DNA from: Tubulanus polymorphus
Lineage: Eukaryota > Animalia > Nemertea
DNA: 64,000 nucleotides
Direction of reading: 5' to 3'
NCBI RefSeq assembly: GCF_964204645.1
Contig: NC_134026.1
Location: forward strand, 4,301,950 to 4,365,949
Below the pieces are notes generated by a model. The model made no database searches. It saw nothing but the letters and a program-made list of their open reading frames with translations, and had not been told where the DNA came from. Within the stretch, counting starts at the first letter, position 1; every line of letters starts with the position of its first letter. This document shows positions 12,585 through 22,391 of this stretch, piece after piece. The translations under genes and the position numbers were made by a program.

Positions 12585-14901
12585 ATGGCCGACCCAGAAA
12601 ATGAAATATCTGACTGCAAATCAGTCAAAGATATCCGAATAAATCGCGGTATTGACTTTGAAGTTGAAATAAATGAAGTTGACCTCGAAGATGTGGCCGA
12701 TTGTAATGTATTCGATGAATTTGGCACCGAAGTTAGGTTTGGTGATTTGTACAAGCATCGTAAAACAATAGTGATTTTTATTCGTGTAAGTTTCAATCGG
12801 CCAAACAAATAAGTACCGTACCAGGCCAGTCAAATTTAAATATGTCGTATTGATACTTGTAACTGTAAGCCTACTACATTCTCATTTCAGCATTTTCTGT
12901 GTTATACGGCTAAAGAATATGTTGAGGGTGAGTGTAATTTCACAGAGAGATGGCCTAGGGCAGGCATAATAACGCAAAGCCAAAGAAAACGACTGTGCAC
13001 AGGGGGGCTCGTATCAGAGAAGAGATAGTTGTAAAAACGATAATCTATTAATCCAGTATCTGTAATATATATAAGAAGATAACTTATTTTTATATATATT
13101 ATAGACACTGGATTAATAGATTATCGTTTTTACACTACCTACAACTCTCGGATATGAGCCCCTGTGTTTTTGACCACCGCGAAGTCGCTTTGTATCTTCT
13201 CACCATAAGTGATCTCAATTATGGTGTTTTCGAATCTCTTTCAGATTTGGCTCAAGTTCGTTCAGAGGCACTAGAAGTAATTATAAATGATATTTCATAT
13301 TTTTAGCGGCACGTGTGAATACACGAAATCAGTTGTTACATCTCATCATCTGTTTTCTACTTTCAGAATGCTGACGTGCAGCTAGTTGTGATCGGATGCG
13401 CTCCTTGGAAATTTATACCAGTGAGTCCCTACAAAATCTTTGATTTTTTAACTGATAAATCTGTAGCATATGCGCACTAGAGTTAGTTTCCTAATCGTTG
13501 GTGGTAAGCTTTTTATAATCGGATGGGCTTATACCAACCTTTAGTCTGAATACCAGTCGTTTTTACGGTTCCCTACAACTGGTTGTTTGTAGAACGACCG
13601 GCTAGGTACTAGACTAACCAACCTTATACTTATGCAGGCGCGTTGGAAGCAATGTTTTATTGCTGCGGCCAAATGCCGATTTCGGACAGATTCTTAATAT
13701 TGCCGCGGCGAATTGACTTATTAAAAAACGCGGTATTCAAAGAAAAAAAAAAAGTCATTCAGTAAATTATTGCCGCGGCTTTGGCCGCTGCGCTTCCAAC
13801 GCCACTGTTATGTGGTTTGTGAAAATATAAAATTGTAAACCCGTATTCAAGATTTGAAGCTAACTCCTGCAACTGCAACTGCGCACTAGTTATTGGCATT
13901 TTTACCGTTTTTAAAAAAAAACTCATTTTCGTTACATTTCAGGTTTTCAAAAGAGTGACAGGATTCACTCAATACGCTCTGTACTGTGATCCTGACCGGC
14001 ACATTTATAAAAAGTTGCAACTGCGTGAAAAAAATCTCTCATTTGATTCCGGATGTCGTAAAGGTTGGTGAAACAGTTGTTTGTTTAATCTCTTTATTTC
14101 ATTTGAATATACCATAATGAGAATTCACTTAAGATCGGCTAAAATGAGCGATTTGAATGATTTGTTATACTTCTCTTTATTTTCATAATCTAGAAAGCAA
14201 ACACGTGAAATCTGGAATTATATCTGGTATTATGAAGAGCGTTTGGAGAGCGAAAGATCATCCAATGGAGTTTCAAGGCGACGTCAGACAGAATGGCGGT
14301 GCATTTGTCATTGGTCCAGGTAAGCAAAACATCTGGGGCCAGTTGCACAGTCGTGACTTAAGTCAAAAAGTGGTCTTAAATCTTAAGACCAGTCTTAAGT
14401 TGTTAGATTGGCTATAGAACTAAGTTGGTCTTAGACTGGTCTTAAGTCTAAGCCATGACTATGCAACCGGCCCCTGGGGCCAGTTGCATAGTCATGGCTT
14501 AGATTTAAGACTGGTCTAAGACCAACTAAGTTCTATACCCGATCTAACAACTTAAGACCAGTCTTAAATTGTTAGATTAGCTATAGAACTAAGTTAGTCT
14601 TAGACTGGTCTTAAATCTAAGCCTTGACTATGCAACCGGCCCCAGTCGTTAAGATTAATGATTGTTTTAAAACTTAAGACATTTGAGCAACTGTCCCCTT
14701 TCCTTTGAAAATGTATCGGAATATATGCCTTTGCTGGTATGAAGTTTTGACCCATTTGAAATTTTCATTGCAGGAGACGAAGTTCACTTTACGCATTACG
14801 ATAGAGACGCGTTTGATCATGCGGCTATTAATACAGTTTTACAAGCAGCCGGTCTTCCTATGATGAGTTTCCCGAAAGATCCGCGAATATTACACCTGTG
14901 A
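12585..14901 (+). CDS. PRXL2C: Peroxiredoxin-like 2C (AAED1, AhpC/TSA-like thioredoxin fold); 7 coding exons
   Basis: Exons 12585-12785, 12891-12927, 13245-13276, 13367-13420, 13943-14063, 14194-14319 and 14774-14901 give VRFGDLY...IVIFIRHFLCYTAKEYVEDLA...VQLVVIG...LYCDPDRHIYKKL...SKHVKSG...FQGDVRQNGGAFVIGPGDEVHFTHYD...DHAAINTVLQAAG, collinear with recalled human AAED1. Confidence 0.93.
12998..13166. mobile_element. Palindromic MITE (CACAGGGGCTCG family) in PRXL2C intron 2
   Basis: CACAGGGGGGCTCGTATCAGAGA ... TCTCGGATATGAGCCCCTGTG, with long internal inverted arms (TAAAAACGATAATCTATTAATCCAG / CTGGATTAATAGATTATCGTTTTTA). Confidence 0.75.
13635..13807. mobile_element. hAT-like MITE in PRXL2C intron 4
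   Basis: CAGGCGCGTTGGAAGC ... GCTTCCAACGCCACTG termini; repeated TATTGCCGCGGC internal motif. Confidence 0.65.
14336..14642. mobile_element. Two tandem Harbinger/PIF-like MITEs (14336-14473 and 14477-14642) separated by CTG
   Basis: Each unit has GGGCCAGTTGCA ... TGCAACCGGCCC TIRs and is internally palindromic; junction trinucleotides are CTG, CTG and CAG (CWG TSD). Confidence 0.85.
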
Positions 14902-15634
14902 TTAATTATTGAACCTCCGAAATGAGAGACATTTTCAAGAGTTGAGCGTTTTAGCATCAAATTTATCCAAATGGATCAGATATTTTTAGTCGATTGTGAA
15001 CTAACAACTGATTCAACTGACTGGTTGTGCAATGTAAAGATTGTAGTATATATATGATACATGACACTTTAGGGACATGTTGGTTTCACTAATATTTTTG
15101 ATACTAGTCTAAGGCATTTTGTTTTTCACACAATATTTTACTCTATTAATTGTACAATATATATCGCTCTTATGATAAATAAATAAAAGGTAAATTCAAC
15201 ACAGATTTTTTCCTTGCTTTGTTCTTCTTAGCAATAAGCAGGTATTTGGTCTTGCGATCGAGGGTTGGTAGTAATGGTTGCTCCATCGTGCTTTTGACTT
15301 ACCCTTCTTTCTCCTTTTGCGCATTATCAGTTGATGGATTACTGGTAATCTCAGATTGACCAATGAAATCGATTTCCACTAGAATAAATTTCCACTTAGT
15401 TGAATGCAAGTCAAACATGACCTCGGAGCCCCACAGTGAAATAATTCATGAGTCTGGGTGTTTGCGAAGATTCAAACTTCATTATATTTACATTGATACT
15501 GGTGATATCTTAAATGCAATACAAGTATAACTCTTGATTTATAAATCAATTGAATTTTCAGTTGTGCGCCGAGTTCCCTGTTCAGCGTCTGCACATATTT
15601 AACAGCAACTCTAAATGAACACCTTTCTGCACAT

Positions 15635-18600
15635 TCACTCCTTGTTTTCGAGAAAGAAATTCAATCTGCGGTGGTGCTCGCTACCGAGCGAAATATCACT
15701 ATAAAGAAAAAGAAATAAGCTATTGCTTCCATAACTATGTGTATAGCAGTATTAATCGGGCCAAATTCAAACTTACTGCAGGTGATCCTTGAACTTGGCA
15801 GTTATTCTGTAAATTGACGACTTCAGATTTTGTCGTAGAGAAAGTCGCAATAAAACTAAACCGCTGTCCGTAGATGTTAACGTTGGCTTCTTCCAGATAC
15901 TAGTTGTTAACTTGAAATGTTTATCAACGGCCTGTAGAAGTGAAATAGAAGGTTCATAAAGTATGTTTTTGTTGAGAATTATATACTCTAGTGACCTTGA
16001 CCTAATTACCTCTTGTAAGGTCAGCAAACTGGCCAGGATGTCTGGTAACCACTGCTGTACAACTCCATATTCATCCTCAGAATATGAGGCCACAACTAGT
16101 GCTGTTAATGCTGGAAGTATTCAAGTTTGAAAATACTTAATTGGGAGCAGAACTACCACACAGTACATGCCATATAAAAATCAGTTTACCATCGGATGCC
16201 CAAATTTGCAGTTGTGCATTGGCGAAAAGCTTTCGACTTTGCATATACGCGATCTCGGCCAGGAAAAACTCAGCAAGTGGATGCTTTTTCAACGCCGCCA
16301 ACAACTGAAATACAAAAATAAGCAAATATAGACCAGAATCACAAAGTCATTTATATATCATGGAAAGTTTATGTCTGCTGAATCATTTACTGTATCATTT
16401 ACCTTATCTAGATAGTTATGTGGAACTGCGTCTTTTGGGGCGGATGGAATGCCTTTAGGACTCATAAGCTGGATTCGATCCGGGACTTGTCTCATACAGG
16501 AACTACTGTGTTCGTTGTTGAACTCGGTCAGTGTGAGAGACATATCTTTTATCACCGACAAACATTCTTTAACAATGTTATTCAAGTTGTGAGGATGGCC
16601 ACCTAGATCAATAGAAATACTACACATTTAATAAAGTGGTTTAGAGTGGTCTATATAATATAGCCTCTAGGATAGTAAGGCTAAACAAAAATGATACCTT
16701 GTTTCTCCGCAGCGGCCGGGTCATTTTTGTAAAATATGATAAAATTTATAAACAGTTCATTTCTATAGCGGCCGGGTCTGTTATGGTGAAATTGATCACG
16801 ATTTTAAAAAAAGTAATGTATAGGGTAGATAGGCAGCCGGCCGGGTCAACATTTAAGCTCAGCAGAGTGGAGAAACAAGGTATCAATTTTTTTTGGCCTA
16901 ACTAAGAGATTTTCTTTAAAGCTTATGTGAGGTGTAGGCATACACTACCATACACTATTACTAATAGTATATGCCTACACCTCACATAAGCTTTAAAGAA
17001 TTACTAACCTGGTTGACTCAAACTAAACACTTGTTTACGTCTTTCTTGCGAATACTTGGACAACTGGCAGAGATCGTGAAAAGCCAAATACTGAATGGAA
17101 AGACAATGAAAGATTTAACTGATTTATACTTGCACATCATTTTGAAAACAAATATTGAGGAAATTTTGAATCAATTTTTACCTGAACTAGAGGTTGTTTG
17201 CTGCAAGCCAAGGCATTGTGTAGACAGCAGTTAATATCACTTTCCATTACTGATTCAATAGGAAAGACATAGGACTGTGAAAATAAAAACTATCAATCAG
17301 AACATCACAAAATTAACTGGTTCATTTTAGTAAGATATTGATTAGTTTTCACGTACTTGAGTATTATAAACTTTGAAGAAGAGTACTCCAAACAACCAAG
17401 CCATGTTAATAAAACTTCCCAGCAAGAAAGTTTGCCACAACAGCGCAAGATCTGTTATTCCCCACAATGACGTCAATGAAATCCTAAAATGCAACACAGA
17501 TAAGGTTTCATTTGAACTCTGGATTTGCAGCGTTGTAGCAACAACCAAGAAGCACTCTGAAGTATTTTTTGCCGCCATATCACTCTGTTGGAACGAAGCG
17601 AAATAGTGTACTTACTTCTCACTTAAACCTAACGCACGAAGAATCCAACCTTTGGGTACTCCTCCTGAAAACAAAATAAAAACTCTGAACTTATTCTTTA
17701 TCTAGAAAACACTTCATTTCATTCAGTAAATGTTGTCAGAGTTTTCAGTCATGAACAATAACCAACCAACCGTTACTAACCTAAGAAGAAATAAATCAAG
17801 TAGAAATATCTCAATTGACGAAACGATCGTCGCGCCGCTCGCTGAATGATCACGATCATACGATGTTTGATTTGAAAGAATCTCGGCTGTTGTATATGCG
17901 GGAATCCCATCCAGTAGTCCCGTCGATAGAAGAAACAAACTCCGTAGACGAAGCCGACAAAAGCTCCGTAGCAAACCAAGAACAAGTGATACTCATTCAG
18001 GCATAAAGCGTCGCTGAAGAGACACAATCAGATCTTATCAAATTACTGTAAGTTGCAGTAAAGTTCGTCAGCGAAAAATTTGAAATTAACTGATTACATA
18101 TTTTATTGCAGTTTACAAAAGTGACCGGCCCGATGAGGAGAAACGAGGTATCATTTCTTTATAGCCTAAGAGCTAAGTTTTTTTAACACACCTATCGCTT
18201 GCACATGAAACCGTCAGATTCATGTAACGACCTTTGATCAGATTTGTTGCGCACCAGCCACAAACGCATCCAGCTAATGAATGTCCAATCGCGTACAGAA
18301 AACGATCTGGTCGTGCTAGATTCCACAAAGCCGTCAGCCGCGTAGTATAGATTGTTGGAATTACTGAAATATATGGATCGGAAACATAGATTAGTGCATT
18401 AAGACGACGCACACATTTTCACTGATAATTCAGTTCGCGACCATGAAGTAATACTTACCGCTGAAGTGTTTCCAGCTAACAATGCTTACAGCTAGAGTGA
18501 CAGCACCCAGTATAATCATATAAAACCAAAATGACAGTAAAACTAAACAGCATGACGTGGCTGAAAGTAAAATCGTTGTCATAATTAATCATTAAAGAAA

Positions 18601-19084
18601 CATTGAGTACACTAGTGGTATTTGAGCTAGAGTTGATTCATTCTACTCTTTAATTTACCTTTTATTGCGGATAGCGGATCAATACCACTAGCAAATAAAT
18701 GATATGTAAGCACAGAGATGGGTAAAGTGAGAATACAACCGAATTGACTGGATACTGTCCGCCACACAAACACCTGAAATTGAAAATCGTAATTTAGAAA
18801 ACGATTTCAGTTAGTCGGCTACATTTACTAACTAAATTGAAGTCATGCTAAATCCTGGTCAATTTTAATCTTTATAAATCATTTAGCAAGACAGAATTAG
18901 AGTAACTAACTACAAGAATACTACACAATAAAGTTTCATTTGTATTTGATTTTAAGATCTATCAGCACGTTCTTTCATTAGAATGTTTGCAGGTTTGATA
19001 AAGTATCCTTTTTTCTTAACCATACAACGTCTAAGGAATCGGAAATTTTACCTCAAGCATGAATTTATTCCCAATTTCATTCAT
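15635..19084 (-). CDS. NDC1: Transmembrane nucleoporin NDC1, multi-exon
   Basis: ATG at 19084 (MNEIGNKFMLE|VFVWRTVSS). Also [89 protein letters not shown] and the C-terminus EHHRRLNFFLENKE*, matching recalled NDC1 motifs. Confidence 0.93.
16679..16898. mobile_element. Tourist/PIF-Harbinger-type MITE, 220 bp, TAA TSD, in an NDC1 intron
   Basis: TAA|GGCTAAACAAAAATGATACCTTGTTTCTCC ... GGAGAAACAAGGTATCAATTTTTTTTGGCC|TAA; near-identical inverted copy at 30798-31018. Confidence 0.9.
18095..18166. mobile_element. Truncated, diverged relative of the 16679 MITE family
   Basis: TTTACAAAAGTGACCGG...GGAGAAACGAGGTATCATTTCTTTATAGCC|TAA matches one terminus of the family. Confidence 0.6.
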
Positions 19085-19678
19085 TTTGAAGTGAAAGATT
19101 CGAAATATTTCAAATTTGCCGGGACTTTATTTCCGAACCCGGAAGAAAAACGATTAACCAGAGAATCAGGACGAGGAAGAGAACGTGGACGTGGACGTGG
19201 ACGCGGAAACAATTCAAAACTAAATTCAAGATTTATTGCTTCTTGATAAGGCCTACTTCGGCGGGCTGGTTGGTCAAAAAGATAAATTTACTGAAAATCT
19301 ACACTAATTCTAGTGGAATTGCGATATTCTTGATTCCTGCGGTTGAACATAAGGGGGGAAAGCCATAGCAAGGTCCGCGTCATCCAGGGCATTGGAAGGC
19401 ACGAATCCGGCATAGTAAACTTCCCCGAGCTGATACACCAGTATTGACATAGGCGTTATCTAAACGAGATAACGACGTTTGTCCTAAAACAATATTCTAG
19501 ATAAACACTCATGGGACTGTGACCGTGTTCGGTCGCACTTATTACCAGGGCCTATACTAATATCACTTATCTCCATAGTCAAAGTGAATAAGCTAGTGCT
19601 TGGGATGAAATCCAATTCAAGATTCCGGGCGAAGGATAATTATTTTTGTGTCGTTGAGTGATTGAGAAAATTATTGCT
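19085..19678. promoter_or_regulatory. Putative bidirectional promoter for NDC1 and PRR5
   Basis: Divergent ATGs are 595 bp apart; the interval has CCGGAAG (ETS-like, 19139), a GGACGT hexamer tandem (about 19183-19207) and local GC/CpG enrichment. Confidence 0.55.
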
Positions 19679-21672
19679 ATGGATAAGCGTAAGTCAATCC
19701 GTAGTCTGGTAAACGATAGCGCTTACCTGACGAGGTTGGAATCGCACGGATCGGTGGGAGAGTTACGGACGAAAGGATTGGCGCCGGCGACTCCACCACC
19801 GATGGTGAGATCTTCGTCGCGACCAGATTTACTGGCGCCGTCTCCGGTGGGAAGTCCTACGTCTATGACGATACCGCGCGTAGCGACTGTAAGCACGATT
19901 CCACATCAGAGTCTGACATCCAAAAATGAGGAATGGTACAGGCAAGTAATTGAGAAACCGAGTCATTCAACACTCGAATTAGAATTAGATTCATAGAATA
20001 GCCGCGTTTACCGGGTTTAGAATAAATAAAGAGACGAGTAGTACTTTAAAGGTAAACTAAATGACCAAAAATTCATTAAGACTAGTGTAGAATTTTTGAT
20101 TTGACGCATTGTAAGCTACTCGTCTCGTTATTAACAGTCAAATTAGTTTACGTATTTAACGATCCTCTTCTTTTTCATACGACGAAGAATTCAGACAGCC
20201 ATTGTTTCATTGTTTCAAGGTAGAAAATTGGAGGACGGTCAAATGGCAAAGCTTTTAGAAAATATCAGGTAACACAATCGAAAATTCGTCAATTCAAAGC
20301 TTGCTAATTAAAAGAAAAGATTGAAATGAACCTGAAATGCAGTATCGATCTAATGTATTTATCTTTTTAGAAATATGGTAGCTTCTGACGTGGGTCCTTT
20401 TATATACGAATATTTTAAGGTATTTTCGAGGTAATTTACTACATTGATAGTCCACCCTATATTGTCTATAGTCAAGTCGGATCTTTTTATTTCTATATTC
20501 AGAATCAACTGTTAAAACGGGGCCTAGTCATCATGCGAGAATCACTCAGGGATCGAGAAGGTAACGTTACAAATAAGATAAAATATCTTGGAAATAGTAT
20601 AATCACGTCTAAGAGCCATTTAAACAGATAATTTTGTTATCAATCTGTAGGTTTAGAGTTACTGATCGCACTGGGAGAATTATGGAGAAATTTCTTCCGG
20701 CAAATTTTACCAACGCTAGAGATCCTGTTACGGCCTATTCAGGTATGCGTTATTAGAGAAATGTTTTATAGAAGGATCGTATACTGATTGTAAATTACTG
20801 ACTGATACCAATCATCATTCTTCTGCCGAATCGTTCTCATTCATTCAGACAACTGAATTCTCGATACGACAAGTTTCATTGCTGACTTTTCGGGATGTGA
20901 TAGTGCTAAAATTCTTCTCGGAATTAACAGGTTTGTGCTGAAGCTACGATCAACAAAGCTTGAAAAATAGTGATTTGTTTTTGGCAAACTCCACGATCAA
21001 TTCATGCATTTCAGGGGTGCTAAAGAATACAGCAACTGTCTCACCACCAATTAGACAAATGTTTCTGATACTGCAAGGCATAAATGAGGGTTTTCCACCG
21101 ACGGAAAATCGACTGCAGTTAGAATGTCTAGTTGGCCTAGCAGTTAACCCTTACATTGGATTCAAGGGCATTTACTTCGGGTCGTCAGAACCGGCAATCG
21201 AAGCTACAGAAGAAGCTTACAGGAAAAAATCTTCCAGTAAGTATTAGTGAAATTTTAGCGATGCCTTATATGGACGAAAATGGTTGGATATGGTTTTTCC
21301 ATTTATGCAAAAATGACGTTGAGAATCTTGCAGTGAATGAGTCTTGGCGTATCCAGGCAGCTAACGATGAAATTGCTTGCATGAAGTAACTGACGTTCGC
21401 GAAACCAATATTCCATCGAAAAGTTCTCATCGATACGTGTTGATTAATTTTCAATTCCAGTTACGAAACCACCATTCCTTCCATTTCAAAGTCGGCAGCT
21501 GAGCATCGACGTTCAACGCTTGCCTGAAAACAACGTGTGGGGCTTGTACAAACGATACGGACACGTCAGACAAGCAAGTATTCCAGACGTCAAACTTCAT
21601 CTACGCTTGCACGAACTGAAACAAGACGATGCTCCTCGGAGATACAGTTACGACGACTACGCTAAGACCTAG
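19679..21672 (+). CDS. PRR5: Proline-rich protein 5 / Protor-like (HbrB domain, mTORC2 subunit); 8 coding exons
   Basis: Exons 19679-19941, 20188-20268, 20371-20419, 20503-20560, 20651-20742, 20849-20930, 21015-21236 and 21461-21672 give WYRIQTAIVSLFQ...ENIRNMVASDVGPFIYEYFKNQLLKRGLVIMRE...WRNFFRQILPTL...SIRQVSLLTFRDVIVL...VSPPIRQMFLILQGI...LECLVGLAVNPYIG, collinear with recalled PRR5/PRR5L. Which vertebrate paralogue it is closer to is not resolvable. Confidence 0.88.
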
Positions 21673-22391
21673 GCGATCCGATTTACACGACGTAGGGAAA
21701 CGCTGAGACAGGAGACAGAAACATGTTTTCGAGCGTTTCCCTGTGACGTGTGACCTGTGCGAGAGAAACGAGAAACACGGGAACAACGTAGCAAAGATCG
21801 AACGCATGTTTGTTTCCGTGTTTCTGTGTTTTTTTGTACGTGTTCCCTGCGTCAAGTGCGTTATGGGCTTAACTTATATGAACTCTACTATGCTACGGAT
21901 AGCTTTAAAGCGAATAAATCCTGCTATTTTTATAATCCTTCAGTCATTGTTTATTTCATGTTAATTCCGTGAACTCCGAAATCATGAAATAAAAGGAATC
22001 ACTGAAAGTAAAGTTGCAATAACCACAGTAATAACTATGGAAGGGCTGATCTCATCTATTAGATTGTACACACGTAGATCGCCGTGACAATATTGTCGAT
22101 TACGGCTATGATTTCATTTGATTGGAAGATCATACGGATGTAAACCGTGTGCGCAGATTCATTTTAATTACGCAGACTATCAGATGATTCCGCGGAAACG
22201 ACGCAACTTCGCGACGACAGTCAACATAGATAAAGATGATTTAGAATTTCGCCGCGTTGTCGCGGCCAAATACACATTAATTAGTTTACGATCAAGGTGT
22301 TTGCCATGGATATTATCTGATGCAGCAATATCCCGCACTCATTTTGATATCGTCAACAATGATGAAATGAAAGTGTGAAAACGAATCGAAA

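Noticed and set aside
12897-12911. Selenocysteine in PRXL2C (SelU-related family)
   Set aside because: The codons are TGT TAT ACG GCT; there is no in-frame TGA in the spliced CDS.
14336-14642. Repeated TTAAGACCAGTCTTAA units considered as a CRISPR-like array
   Set aside because: The context is a eukaryotic intron, there are no unique spacers, and palindromic MITEs with TIRs and TSDs explain it fully.
18983-19246. Plus-strand ORF with an RGRGRG tail
   Set aside because: It is antisense to NDC1 exon 1, and the RG repeat is only the translation of the promoter hexamer repeat.
19320-19560. GC-richer block between NDC1 and PRR5 considered as a structured ncRNA (RNase P/MRP, telomerase RNA)
   Set aside because: No diagnostic conserved motif or template was recognised; promoter/5'UTR sequence explains it more simply. 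An Rfam scan would settle it.
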